DNA of 64,000 nt from NCBI GenBank assembly GCA_030646995.1, contig JAUSKF010000006.1, positions 8,624 through 72,623 on the forward strand, written 5' to 3'. The stretch is from a bacterium. Lineage in GTDB: Bacteria > Patescibacteriota > Minisyncoccia > UBA6257 > WO2-44-18. Below the pieces are notes generated by a model. It did not search any database, was not told the DNA's origin, and saw nothing but the letters and a program-made list of their open reading frames with translations. Below are positions 18,734-28,421 of this stretch, piece after piece. How positions within the stretch are numbered: position 1 is the first letter of the stretch; every line of letters begins with the position of its first letter. The position numbers and the translations under genes are program-made.

Positions 18734-19837
18734 ATGCGCCTATTATTTATTACTCAAAAAGTTGATAAGAACGATGACGTGCTTGGCGTCTATCACCGTT
18801 GGATAGAGAAGCTTGCCGCAAAAACCGAAAAAATAAATGTTATCTGTTTGTATAAAGGAAAAGTGGAGATGCCCGGCAATGTAGTGGTCCATTCTCTGGG
18901 CAAAGAGCTGACGGGGCATAATCGTTTCCGATATCTTGGGAACTTTTTCCGGTTAGTTTGGAAATTGCGTTCGGAGTATGATGTTGTCTTTGTCCACATG
19001 AACCCGGAGTATGTGATTCTGGCGGGGTGGCTCTGGCGGATGTTGGGCAAGCGCGTGGTTCTTTGGTATGCCCACTATTTATCCAACTTGAAATTGCGGA
19101 TTGCCGCCATATTCCCGAATATTATCGTCACCTCTACTCGTCGAGCCTTTCCTTATGCCAGTAAAAAATTAATAGTGTTGCAGCAGGGCATAGATACGGG
19201 AAATTTTTCTTCGCTTCCTCGGCCCGTGTCCTCCGAAGGAGGATCCGCCTCCGGCGGAAAGGACGCCGCAGTTGTTAAGTTTTTGTTTTTGGGTCGGATC
19301 GCTCCGGTAAAGAAGCTGGAGGTATTGGTCCGCGCGATACAGTTGGCTTCCCAGAGAATTAACGCGCGATTGTCGGTGGTGGGATCGCCGACGGCCGGCA
19401 AGCCGGTGGAGGCGGAATATTTAAGGGAGGTTCAGAAATTAGTTTCCGGGTTGGGCCTGTCGGGCCGGATAGGTTTTGAAAAGCCGGTTGCTAATATTCT
19501 CACTCCGGAGATTTATCGGAAGCATGATATTTTCGTGAACCTGACCGTGACCGGAAGCTTTGATAAAAGCACTCTGGAAGCGATGGCGTGTGGATCTCCG
19601 ATTTTGGTAAGCAACTTGGCCTTTCGGGATGTTCTGCCTGAAGATTTACAGAGCTTATTGATGTTCCAAGAGGGCGATCATCGGGATTTAGCCGAGCAAA
19701 TGGTCAAATTAGCTGCTTTGTCGGCTCAAGATAGGGAGGCAATAGGGGGCCGGTTGCGTGATATTATAGTTGAGAAGCACGGACTAGATGGTTTGGTGGA
19801 TAAATTGTATAGTGCCCTTTCAGCCAATGATAATTAA
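18734..19837 (+). CDS. GT4-family glycosyltransferase
   Basis: FDKSTLEAMACGSPILVSN; GRIAPVKKLEVLV; a Gly/Ser linker between lobes. Confidence 0.75.
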   Translation: MRLLFITQKVDKNDDVLGVYHRWIEKLAAKTEKINVICLYKGKVEMPGNVVVHSLGKELTGHNRFRYLGNFFRLVWKLRSEYDVVFVHMNPEYVILAGWLWRMLGKRVVLWYAHYLSNLKLRIAAIFPNIIVTSTRRAFPYASKKLIVLQQGIDTGNFSSLPRPVSSEGGSASGGKDAAVVKFLFLGRIAPVKKLEVLVRAIQLASQRINARLSVVGSPTAGKPVEAEYLREVQKLVSGLGLSGRIGFEKPVANILTPEIYRKHDIFVNLTVTGSFDKSTLEAMACGSPILVSNLAFRDVLPEDLQSLLMFQEGDHRDLAEQMVKLAALSAQDREAIGGRLRDIIVEKHGLDGLVDKLYSALSANDN

Positions 19838-21224
19838 TGCTTCGGACCAGAAACACTCCTTGTTGCACTACTTCTTTAAGGGCGAGGCCCTGAAGAGGTT
19901 TTTTGATACGCTGGCGACCGGCATCGGGTTAATCAATTCCTACTTCATCATCAGCACTCTCTCCGTTTTCCACTTCGGTTTGTATCAGTTAGTACTATCT
20001 TTCATAGCCATACTGGACGGCTTCAGTTTGGATGTGATGGATGGAGTGGTAGTGGTAGATATGCGTAGTTATCTTAATAAAGGTTTGAGGGGAGCCGCTA
20101 AAAAACTTTATTTGGCGTATATAAAGTTGAAACTTGGAATCTCTATCATGATGGCGGTCGGCGCTTTTTTCCTTTCCGGCATAATTGCCAAGTCTTATAG
20201 CGAGGACATCGGACTGCTGATAAAGATCGCCAGCTTGCTGCTGATATTCAGATCCCTTCAATCATTGGAGTCGTTGATTCTGAAAGTGATAATGAACTTT
20301 ACTTATTGGAGTTATCCGGCCGTGCGCGAGGTCGCCAAGTTGGGTCTTATTATATTTTTGTTGGTTACGAGTGGAAGTTTTTCAATAGTTCAACTGCTGA
20401 CCGCCCACGTTATAGCCGATGGCGTGGCGGTGCTGTTTCTGACCTTGGTTTTGTTTTGGAGGAATTTTTATAAGGTATTTCACGGGGTCGTTAGCGATGC
20501 CGAGAACCACTTGTGGGGGGTAATCAAAACATATGGCCATTGGACGGTTTTGCGTTATGTTTTTTCCAAGATCAGCAAAAATGTCACACCCTGGTTCTTG
20601 AAGTTCTTTATTAACACAGAGGCGGTCGCTTTTTATTCGTTAGCGATCAATCTCATAGCCTTTATCGAGAATCTATTTCCTCTGGATGGGCTTTCCCCGA
20701 TCCTGGCTCTTAAGTCGGACAATCGGGGGGAAATTAGCTTTATCTTCAAGAGGGCGGTTAAGTACGCTTTTTGGTTGGGAATGATTCTAATGGTAGTGAG
20801 TTTTATCTTCGTGCCTCCGGTGGTGACGTTTATTTTCCCCAAGTATCAGCCGGCCATGCCCATCTTCAAGGTAATGATTTTGGCTTTGCCTATTTTCGGA
20901 TTCTATAAGATTCTTAAGGCTACTTTGACGGTTTTGAAAGAGCAGAGAGTGCTAACGATGCGTCTACTGAACGAATCATTGATGGTGCCGCTGGGTTTGA
21001 CTATCTTCCTGCCAATCTTTAAATTGGCGGGAGCTGGCGCGGCATACGCTATGGCTTACGTAGAAAGAGTTTGGTTCTTTTATTCCCAGCTGATTAAGAA
21101 ATATCCGGAATTTCGGATTAAGATTCGGCAGTTCTTCAAGATTGATGAATATGACCGCGAAATTTTTCGTCGTACGATCCGGCGTCCTTTGCAGGCGATT
21201 AAAGAATTGCGAAAAAATAAATAA
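19827..21224 (+). CDS. Polysaccharide biosynthesis/export membrane protein (Wzx/MOP flippase-like, about 12 TM helices)
   Basis: Roughly 465-aa multi-pass protein with a Wzx-like N-terminus (LKRFFDTLATGIGLINSYFI). The start is set to the internal ATG at 19827 (MIINAS), which overlaps the upstream GT4 by 11 nt. Confidence 0.5.
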   Translation: MIINASDQKHSLLHYFFKGEALKRFFDTLATGIGLINSYFIISTLSVFHFGLYQLVLSFIAILDGFSLDVMDGVVVVDMRSYLNKGLRGAAKKLYLAYIKLKLGISIMMAVGAFFLSGIIAKSYSEDIGLLIKIASLLLIFRSLQSLESLILKVIMNFTYWSYPAVREVAKLGLIIFLLVTSGSFSIVQLLTAHVIADGVAVLFLTLVLFWRNFYKVFHGVVSDAENHLWGVIKTYGHWTVLRYVFSKISKNVTPWFLKFFINTEAVAFYSLAINLIAFIENLFPLDGLSPILALKSDNRGEISFIFKRAVKYAFWLGMILMVVSFIFVPPVVTFIFPKYQPAMPIFKVMILALPIFGFYKILKATLTVLKEQRVLTMRLLNESLMVPLGLTIFLPIFKLAGAGAAYAMAYVERVWFFYSQLIKKYPEFRIKIRQFFKIDEYDREIFRRTIRRPLQAIKELRKNK

Positions 21225-22570
21225 TGCAAACCAAAACCGTTTTTATATCCTGTTTTTTTAATCTGGTGGCGCGCAATGTTTTGGAAACCAGTTTTTTTCA
21301 AAAATTGCGCAGCCGTACCGATTTGAAGATTGTTCTTCTTGCTCCGCAGGGCAAAGGAGATTTTTTTCGTAAGGAATTTGGTGGATCGAATGTGGCGGTG
21401 GAGGAGGTGCCGACGCGTCCGATGTCCAAACCTGGTCTTTTGTTTCACTTGTTGGCGTGGAATTTATTAAGAACAAAGAGCAAGGAGATACACCGCTTTG
21501 TTCAGTTAGGAAAGGACCGTAATTATGCGCGATATTTTTTCACGTCGGCCATGAATTGGTTTGGTGGTCGGCCGCTTATTCGCCGAGCGTTTCGTTATTT
21601 CGATGCCTTTATGCCTAGCGGTGGCTTTGACTATCTTTTTGATCGTTATCGGCCAGATTTGGTGTTTGCCACAGATATTCAAGATCTACGTGTGCAGGAG
21701 TTAAGCGATACCGCGCTTATCCGGGCCGCTCGGCGACGGGGAGTGAACAGCGTGGGTATGTCGCGCTCGTGGGACAGCATGACCACTAAGGGGTTGCTGC
21801 GCACCCTGCCCGATTTGTTAGTAGTTCAAACAGACAATATCAAAAGCCAGGCAGTCGCCTACCACAGCGTCCCCGCTGATCGTGTGGTCGTAGTCGGCGT
21901 GCCACACTATGATTCCTATATAACCGGTACTCGGACATCCCGAGAAGATTTTTTCAAAAGGATCGGGTTGGATCCGGCTAAAAAACTTATATTTTTTGCC
22001 CCACCCAGCGATATTTGGACCGGCGACAAGTCTTTGAACCCATTTTTATTCAAAACGATCGCTTCCATTGGGGAGCAAGTGGTCGCCCGCTTTCCTATAT
22101 TTGGAGAGTTGGACCTAGGGGATTTCGCGCGACCCGCTAATATGGTTTTTGACCGACCAACCAACTCGGATAATTTAGCGGAGGCTTTATTAGCGAAAAA
22201 AGACGATGCCCACTTTGCTAATCTTCTCTACCACAGCGATGTAGTAGTTACTGGGCCGTCGAGTGTGATCTTAGATGCTTCTCTATTCAATAAGCCAACG
22301 ATCTTGATCGGTTTTGATGGAGAAAAAATAAAGCCCTATTGGCAAAGATTGAGTCGATATTATGATTACGAACACCAGGATGCGGCGATCAGGTTAGGCG
22401 AGCTTAGGGTCGCCAAAAGCCGGGGAGAGCTGGTAGAGTATATAAAAGAAGGTCTTAGTCAGCCTAAGCGCGGAGAAGAGGGTCGTCGACGGTTAGCAAA
22501 TAGTTTCTGCCAGGATTTAGACGGAAGATCCGGGGAGCGTTTGGCGGCAGCGATCACTGATAATCTATGA
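21224..22570 (+). CDS. TagB/TagF-like (CDP-glycerol glycerophosphotransferase family, PF04464-like) polyol-/glycosyl-phosphate transferase, paralog 1
   Basis: C-terminal TagF-like signatures VVTGPSSVILDASLFNKPTILIGFDGE (compare ITDYSSVFFDYALLDKPIIFF) and terminal DGRSGERLAAAI. One of five paralogs in the window. Confidence 0.5.
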   Translation: MQTKTVFISCFFNLVARNVLETSFFQKLRSRTDLKIVLLAPQGKGDFFRKEFGGSNVAVEEVPTRPMSKPGLLFHLLAWNLLRTKSKEIHRFVQLGKDRNYARYFFTSAMNWFGGRPLIRRAFRYFDAFMPSGGFDYLFDRYRPDLVFATDIQDLRVQELSDTALIRAARRRGVNSVGMSRSWDSMTTKGLLRTLPDLLVVQTDNIKSQAVAYHSVPADRVVVVGVPHYDSYITGTRTSREDFFKRIGLDPAKKLIFFAPPSDIWTGDKSLNPFLFKTIASIGEQVVARFPIFGELDLGDFARPANMVFDRPTNSDNLAEALLAKKDDAHFANLLYHSDVVVTGPSSVILDASLFNKPTILIGFDGEKIKPYWQRLSRYYDYEHQDAAIRLGELRVAKSRGELVEYIKEGLSQPKRGEEGRRRLANSFCQDLDGRSGERLAAAITDNL

Positions 22571-23256
22571 AATATTTGAGCCCCGAAGATATAAAGAATT
22601 CTCCAGATGAGTTGATGGCGCTACAACAGCACGCTAGCTGGGATATCCGTAGTGGCCGGGCTTTAAGCTTGGTCCAGCGGTATGTCCCCGATAAAGATGG
22701 AGCGATTTTGGATTGCGCCTCTGCTAGCGGCGGATTTTTGTTACAGTTGGCGAAAAACGGCTATTCCAACGTCAACGGATTGGATATTGACGACTATCGC
22801 CAGCCGGAAGCGAAGAAATTTAATTTCAAAACAGGCGATGTTTGTCTGCAACCGATACCTTGGCCGGACCATTCCTTTGACGCAGTAGTTTCTTTGCAGA
22901 CCATAGAGCATTTGGAGAATCCATATTATTTTGTTCGTGAGGTAAGTCGGGTTTTAAAGCCCGGCGGTATTTTTACTGTTTCTATGCCGAATCCATTTCA
23001 TATTTTAAATCGCCTGCTCTTTTTATCCCGCGGCAATCTATATCATTGGCTGGAAAGTGACAATCACATCACCTTTTTTACTAAAGCGACTTTTAAAAAG
23101 GCATTTTTGAATAATTTTAAATTGTTGGAGATGGGTTATTCCAAGCCGGAGTTTAAGTACCACATCTTCAGCCGCCTACGAGCTTTTTGGAAGATTTTGC
23201 CCGCAAATCAGTGGTTTGGCCGCTATACTTATTTTGTATTGAAGAACAAGGAATAA
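22567..23256 (+). CDS. Class I SAM-dependent methyltransferase
   Basis: Motif I ILDCASASGGF, DAVVSLQTIEHLENP, LKPGGIFTVSMPN. Confidence 0.65.
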   Translation: MKYLSPEDIKNSPDELMALQQHASWDIRSGRALSLVQRYVPDKDGAILDCASASGGFLLQLAKNGYSNVNGLDIDDYRQPEAKKFNFKTGDVCLQPIPWPDHSFDAVVSLQTIEHLENPYYFVREVSRVLKPGGIFTVSMPNPFHILNRLLFLSRGNLYHWLESDNHITFFTKATFKKAFLNNFKLLEMGYSKPEFKYHIFSRLRAFWKILPANQWFGRYTYFVLKNKE

Positions 23257-23269
23257 GATTTCAGGATGA

Positions 23270-23299
23270 TTGACTGATCCGCCTCTTTATCTTAAATTG
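23270..23299 (+). promoter_or_regulatory. Candidate promoter TTGACT -18- TAAATT
   Basis: Hexamers only. It lies upstream of the NeuC-like gene, which has an AAGGAAA Shine-Dalgarno sequence at 23328-23334 and a TTG start. Confidence 0.2.
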
Positions 23300-23340
23300 T
23301 GGCTAGTTGTTTTATATCAGTTTTTTAAAGGAAATCAAAA

Positions 23341-24498
23341 TTGCGCAGAAAAATTTGTGTGTTCTCCGGTAAGCGCGGTGGATTCGGGGCTTATCTGAAC
23401 TTGATGCGTTTAATCGAGAATGATCCTGATCTAGAATTGCAGATCATTTTGAGCGATATGCACGCTTCCGATAAATTCGGAGCGACCGCAAAAGAGGTGA
23501 AAGGATTTTTCCCTAACGTAGATATGGAAGTGGTTCCGATGAATTCCTCCAGCTCAGATTCTCCGGTGGCTCGCGCAACGAATCTTGGTGCCTGCCTAGA
23601 AGGCTTGGCTCCGGCGCTCGAGCGTCTTAAGCCGAATATTCTGATGGTGCACGGAGATCGCGGAGAACATTTGATGGCAGCATTTGCAGCTCTCAATCTT
23701 GGCATCCCCGTTACTCACACCCAAGGAGGCGAGACTTCCGGAAACATCGATGATGTTCAGCGTCATGCGATTACCAAGTTGGCACATTTGCATTTTCCGG
23801 AAACAGAGAAGGCAGCCCAGAAGATCCGCGCACTTGGAGAAGATGATTGGAGAATCCGAGTTGTCGGGTCTTTGTATATCGATCGGATCGTGGGAAAGCA
23901 GTACTCCGATGTCGGTGAGATGAAGAAGCGTTATGATGCGCCCGGTGAGTACGTTCTCGTGTTGTATCATCCCGACACCTTTCTTACCCCTGCCGAGAAT
24001 CGACAAGTGATGACGGACATCCTGGTTGCGGTTATGCACGTATGGAGGATTAGGACGATCGTCGTTCATCCTTGCTCTGATCCCGGTCATGAGGAAGTGA
24101 TTAGCACAATCAACGCCGCGAAAAAAGAAGACGTTTTTGACCACCTTCGGGTTTACAAGAACATCGATAACTTAGACTTCTTGGGGTTGATGGCCGGTGC
24201 CAGTGCCCTGATTGGAAATTCTTCCGCCGCCTTGGTCGAGGCTCCTTATTTTCATCTGCCGGCAGTCAATGTCGGAGATCGGCAGCGAGGGCGTGATCAC
24301 GAGCTGAACATCATCAACTCCGCAACGGAAATAAATTCCATCGTGAACGCCGTGGGTAAGGCGATCAACCCCTCTGGCGATTTGCGGGATATTTTGAAGA
24401 GTTGTGGGCAGAGATTGGGCGATGGGCATGCCTCCGAAAAGATTTTTGCGGCTCTGAAAGCAGTAGAGATCAACGAAAAACTTTTGCGTAAAAGTTAA
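23341..24498 (+). CDS. UDP-N-acetylglucosamine 2-epimerase, hydrolysing type (NeuC/LegG-like)
   Basis: RKICVFSGKRGGFG...DPDLELQIILSDMH (compare NeuC ILCITGTRADFG...HPDLELHLIVTGMH); HGDRGEHLMAAFAALNLGIPVTHTQGGE. TTG start with a good Shine-Dalgarno sequence, and an in-frame TAA 12 nt upstream. Confidence 0.7.
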   Translation: MRRKICVFSGKRGGFGAYLNLMRLIENDPDLELQIILSDMHASDKFGATAKEVKGFFPNVDMEVVPMNSSSSDSPVARATNLGACLEGLAPALERLKPNILMVHGDRGEHLMAAFAALNLGIPVTHTQGGETSGNIDDVQRHAITKLAHLHFPETEKAAQKIRALGEDDWRIRVVGSLYIDRIVGKQYSDVGEMKKRYDAPGEYVLVLYHPDTFLTPAENRQVMTDILVAVMHVWRIRTIVVHPCSDPGHEEVISTINAAKKEDVFDHLRVYKNIDNLDFLGLMAGASALIGNSSAALVEAPYFHLPAVNVGDRQRGRDHELNIINSATEINSIVNAVGKAINPSGDLRDILKSCGQRLGDGHASEKIFAALKAVEINEKLLRKS

Positions 24499-24523
24499 CC
24501 CGGCTAGAAAGGCCGGGTTTTTA
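24499..24523 (+). terminator. Rho-independent terminator CCCGGCtagaaagGCCGGGTTTTT
   Basis: Starts immediately after the stop codon. Confidence 0.6.
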
Positions 24524-24570
24524 ATTTGTTGTAAAATAATGCGTGCGCAGTTATATTGAGATTGGTTTAC

Positions 24571-25284
24571 ATGATAAATTATGAACATAGTGCCGTTGCG
24601 ATTATTCCTGCTCGTGGCGGATCCAAGGGGCTACCGGGCAAGAATACTAAGTTATTAGCCGGAAAGCCGCTGATCGCCTACAGCATTGAAGCAGCCAAAA
24701 AAAGCCGGTTCGTTAGTCGGGTAATCGTCACCACCGACGATCCAAAGATAGCGGAAGTTGCCAAGGCCGCGGGTGCCGAAGTCCCCTTTTTGCGTCCGGC
24801 GGAGATAGCCCAAGACAGCACCCCGATGTTGCCGGTGGTCCGCCATACCCTAGAATGGTTACAGCAAAATGAAAATTTTGCGCCGGAATTTGTGTTGATG
24901 ATCCAGCCGACTTCTCCATTCGTGAAAACTGAGCAGATAGATGCTCTATTCGAACTTTTGGTTTCCAAAGGAGCTGATTCAGGAATTACTACTATCGAAT
25001 TGCCGCGCCCATTCCATCCATATCACGTGCGCCATCTCACCGAGAGCGGGTATTTAGAATTTGATCAACCGGAATTACATTATCAGCACCCGACTAGGCA
25101 ATCCGATCCGAAACGCTACGCCTTCGCGAGCGTTTATTGGTTCAATCGTGACCTTTTTCTGAAAGAAAATAAAATTGAACCGGGTAAAAGAGTAGGTTTA
25201 CCGGTGGACCCGGCAACCGCGCACGATATCAACAATGCTTTTGATTGGGAAATAGCGGAAGTCCTGGTTAAGAAATACGGCTAG
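24571..25284 (+). CDS. Acylneuraminate/nonulosonate cytidylyltransferase family (NeuA/LegF/PseF/KdsB-like, CTP_transf_3)
   Basis: AIIPARGGSKGLPGKN...VIVTTDDPKIAEVAKAAGAEVPFLRP is a near-textbook NeuA N-terminus. The ATG at 24571 is chosen over the TTG at 24556. Confidence 0.75.
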   Translation: MINYEHSAVAIIPARGGSKGLPGKNTKLLAGKPLIAYSIEAAKKSRFVSRVIVTTDDPKIAEVAKAAGAEVPFLRPAEIAQDSTPMLPVVRHTLEWLQQNENFAPEFVLMIQPTSPFVKTEQIDALFELLVSKGADSGITTIELPRPFHPYHVRHLTESGYLEFDQPELHYQHPTRQSDPKRYAFASVYWFNRDLFLKENKIEPGKRVGLPVDPATAHDINNAFDWEIAEVLVKKYG

Positions 25285-25294
25285 AGCCATATTT

Positions 25295-26191
25295 ATGGAA
25301 CCCACAAAAGAGCAGTATATAATTGTTGCCTATCACTATGTAAGGGATCCGGATCCCAAATGGACCGGTATTCATTCTTGCTCAATTCGCGAATTTGATC
25401 GGCAGATCAAGCTTCTGTCGGAGCAATTCAAGATTGTTTCCGTTTCCGAAGTGGCCGAAGCGGCCCGACAGGCACGGGCTGGGAAGTTTTGCGCAATAAC
25501 TTTTGACGATGGACTTTTGGATAATTATCAGAATGCTCTGCCTGTATTGGAAAAATATGGAGCGAAGGCCACCTTTTTTATAATCACCTCGGTTTTTGAC
25601 GGTGGAGTGCCTCTTACTCACAAACTGCATGCTCTTTTCTCTCAGGCTTCTGCCGGCGAGTTGATCGATATTTTTAATCAGTGGGCAGCTGGTCGCTATT
25701 CGATTCCAAAAGACAAACGATTGGATCAGCGCCGCGTGCACGGTGATATCCTGACCAATAATTTTAAGGAAACGATGGTGATGTTGGATGAGGATACCCG
25801 TAAGAATTTTTTAGATTTTTGTTTTCAAAAGTTCCGTATCAATGAGCCTCTCCTTAATAAGCAGTTGTTTATGACTCGAGAGCAGGTAGTAGATATGAAG
25901 CGACGCGGTATGATCATTGGCAGTCATTCTCATAGCCATCATTCTTTTGAGTCCTTAAAGGCACCAGAGGCGGAAGATGATGTGTTTAGATCTAATGAGA
26001 GCTTAACGAAATTATTGGGGCGGACGCCTGATGTATTTTGCTACCCGCACGGACGCCATTCCAAGGTGACGCCCGTGATTCTGCAACAAGCCGGTTTTTC
26101 TTATGCGGTAGTCATCGAGCGCCGCGCGGTTTCTAAGAACGACGATTCATTTTTACTTCCTCGTTACGACGCTAATGATCTACGCGCTTAG
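25295..26191 (+). CDS. Polysaccharide deacetylase (NodB-homology / CE4 family), paralog A
   Basis: FCAITFDDGLLDNY, His-rich GSHSHSHH, CYPHGR; paralogous to the ORF at 42172..43113. Confidence 0.7.
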   Translation: MEPTKEQYIIVAYHYVRDPDPKWTGIHSCSIREFDRQIKLLSEQFKIVSVSEVAEAARQARAGKFCAITFDDGLLDNYQNALPVLEKYGAKATFFIITSVFDGGVPLTHKLHALFSQASAGELIDIFNQWAAGRYSIPKDKRLDQRRVHGDILTNNFKETMVMLDEDTRKNFLDFCFQKFRINEPLLNKQLFMTREQVVDMKRRGMIIGSHSHSHHSFESLKAPEAEDDVFRSNESLTKLLGRTPDVFCYPHGRHSKVTPVILQQAGFSYAVVIERRAVSKNDDSFLLPRYDANDLRA

Positions 26192-26255
26192 TTTTGACTA
26201 TCCCACGTATTTTATTGCATACTACCCCTAGTTGTTTAACAAGAGAGGAGTAGAT

Positions 26256-28343
26256 ATGGCGAGCGATGAGGTTGTTAAACCAAAGCTTGTTTATCTTAGC
26301 GATCTTACGCATACCTACCAGACAGTCGCTCTGAATACGGTTCCCTTTTCTGTTGCCGGATTGGTGTCTTACGCAAAGGCTAAACTCAAAGATTCGCAAG
26401 GTTTTCGGTTCCGCATTTTTAAGTATCCGGAAAAATTGATCACTGCTCTGCTGGAAGCCCCGCCTGATATCTTGTGTTTCAGCAATTACGTCTGGAACCT
26501 GGACCTGGGATATAGCATTGCCGAGCAGGTCAAGAAGGACCATCCGGAGGTCATCGTGATCTTCGGTGGCCCGAACTATCCCACCGATTTCAGCGAACAG
26601 GAGAAATTTCTTGCGGACCATCCGGCGATCGATTTTTATGCCTACAAAGAAGGTGAGATCGGTTTTACGGAACTGCTGGAAAGCCTAGCCACTAAGAATT
26701 TTGATGTTGCTATGGTTAAGGCTCTGAAGCCGCGCAGTTTTCATTACCTACTCGCCGGAGCTTTGGAAGTCGGCTTCTTGGCCGACCGCATCAAAGATTT
26801 GGAGGACATTCCTTCGCCATACCTGACTGGCGAGCTGGATGAGTTTTTCGACGCAACGCTAATCCCGATGATTCAGACTAATCGTGGCTGCCCGTTCACC
26901 TGCACTTTTTGCGTTGAGGGCTTGGGCTACTACAATAAGGTTAATAAGCGTTCGGTGGATACGGTGCGCAAAGAGTTGGAGTACATCGCCGGTCACAAGC
27001 ACCCCAACATCCACGATCTGCATATCGTCGATTCCAATTTCGGAATGTATAAGGAAGACGAGGCGATCGCCGATGCTATCGCGGGAGTACAGGAAAGTCA
27101 CGGCTGGCCGCAATATATCCATGTGGCTACCGGGAAAAACCAAAAGGAGCGCGTTTTGAGGGTTGCGAAGACCATCAACGGCGCTTTGCGGCTGGCCGGT
27201 TCGGTCCAGTCGCTATCGGAAAAAGTTCTCGAGAATATCAAGCGGGGGAATATCTCCGCTGATCAGCTGATGGATCTCGCTCACAAGGCAAAAGAGCTTG
27301 GTAGCAATACCTATTCCGAGATCATCGTGGCTCTGCCCGGTGAGACCAAGGAATCACACTTCGAAACGATCGGTACAATCGTCAACGCCAAATTCAATTG
27401 GGTTAGGATCTATACCCTGATGATGTTGTCGGGCGTGGAGATGTCCAATAATGAAACTCGCAAGAAGTATGAGATGCAGACCCGCTATCGGGTATTGCCT
27501 CGCTGCTTCGGATCATACAAGTTCGGCAACGAATTACTATTGAGCGCCGAGGTGGAAGAGGTTTGTGTGGCGACCAAAGATATGTCGTTTGAAGATTATC
27601 TTGATTGCCGCCTATTCCATCTGACGGTGGAGATTTTCTACAACGACAGCGTCTCTTCCGAGCTGGTGGAATTCCTGAACCTGTTCGGTATCTCGGTTTT
27701 CGACTGGCTGAAGCACATCCATGATCAACGTGATAGTTTCCCCGAACCGCTGAAGAAGATCTACCAGAATTTCTCGAGGTTGAGCCATGAAGAGCTTTGG
27801 GATTCCAAAGAACAGCTTTTGAAATTCACCAAAGACGAGCAGGTAATTCAGAAATACCTAACCGGAGAATACGGCAGCAACCTAATCTTTACCCACAAAG
27901 CGATGGCGATGACCGAAGCCCTGGAGGAGGTGTTGGCCGTTGCTTTCATCAGCGCCCGCTCCATTTTGGGTGGCACGCGACCGGAAACTCTAGGCGAATA
28001 TTCCGATTACCTTTCTAACTTGCAGGTTTACAGTGAGCTGAAGAAGAGAAGTCTCTTTGACGACAAGCTCCTGTCCGGGCCTGGAAATAGTCCGGAATTC
28101 AGCCGCTTGCTCTTCTTTGATTTTTTGGGTCTGGAAAATCAGGGATTCCGGGTTCTGCCCGACAACTTCCGCAAGCCGAACGGAGTGCTGGCAAGCTTCG
28201 TCCATACGGACGATCAGAGGAAGATCATCAAAGACAGTCTGGACCTATATGGCCGGAATATCATCGGCATTGCCCGAGTTCTGAGCAAGGTCCACGTTAC
28301 CAAGATTTACCGTATGTTGGTTCAGAATGATATCGTCGATTAA
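26256..28343 (+). CDS. Cobalamin-binding (class B) radical SAM enzyme, large (about 695 aa)
   Basis: N-terminal B12-binding-like Rossmann (ILCFSNYVWNLD...VIVIFGGPN), radical SAM cluster motif NRGCPFTCTFC (CxxxCxxC), and a long C-terminal extension. The start is moved to the ATG at 26256 (MASDEVV). Confidence 0.7.
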   Translation: MASDEVVKPKLVYLSDLTHTYQTVALNTVPFSVAGLVSYAKAKLKDSQGFRFRIFKYPEKLITALLEAPPDILCFSNYVWNLDLGYSIAEQVKKDHPEVIVIFGGPNYPTDFSEQEKFLADHPAIDFYAYKEGEIGFTELLESLATKNFDVAMVKALKPRSFHYLLAGALEVGFLADRIKDLEDIPSPYLTGELDEFFDATLIPMIQTNRGCPFTCTFCVEGLGYYNKVNKRSVDTVRKELEYIAGHKHPNIHDLHIVDSNFGMYKEDEAIADAIAGVQESHGWPQYIHVATGKNQKERVLRVAKTINGALRLAGSVQSLSEKVLENIKRGNISADQLMDLAHKAKELGSNTYSEIIVALPGETKESHFETIGTIVNAKFNWVRIYTLMMLSGVEMSNNETRKKYEMQTRYRVLPRCFGSYKFGNELLLSAEVEEVCVATKDMSFEDYLDCRLFHLTVEIFYNDSVSSELVEFLNLFGISVFDWLKHIHDQRDSFPEPLKKIYQNFSRLSHEELWDSKEQLLKFTKDEQVIQKYLTGEYGSNLIFTHKAMAMTEALEEVLAVAFISARSILGGTRPETLGEYSDYLSNLQVYSELKKRSLFDDKLLSGPGNSPEFSRLLFFDFLGLENQGFRVLPDNFRKPNGVLASFVHTDDQRKIIKDSLDLYGRNIIGIARVLSKVHVTKIYRMLVQNDIVD

Positions 28344-28345
28344 CT

Positions 28346-28377
28346 AAAAGAGCCCTTTACTGGGCTCTTTTTTTACA
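28346..28377 (+). terminator. Rho-independent terminator AAAGAGCCCtttactGGGCTCTTTTTTT
   Basis: Seen directly, 3 nt after the stop. Confidence 0.65.
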
Positions 28378-28383
28378 GTATGC

Positions 28384-28409
28384 TGGAGGCAGAATTTTGA
28401 CAGCCTCCA
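28384..28409 (+). promoter_or_regulatory. 7-bp hairpin (TGGAGGC...GCCTCCA) with TTGACA in its loop, immediately upstream of the AAGGAG Shine-Dalgarno sequence of the SQD1-like gene
   Basis: Seen directly. Its function as a 5'-UTR structure or promoter element is unknown. Confidence 0.3.
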
Positions 28410-28421
28410 AAAGGAGAAAAA

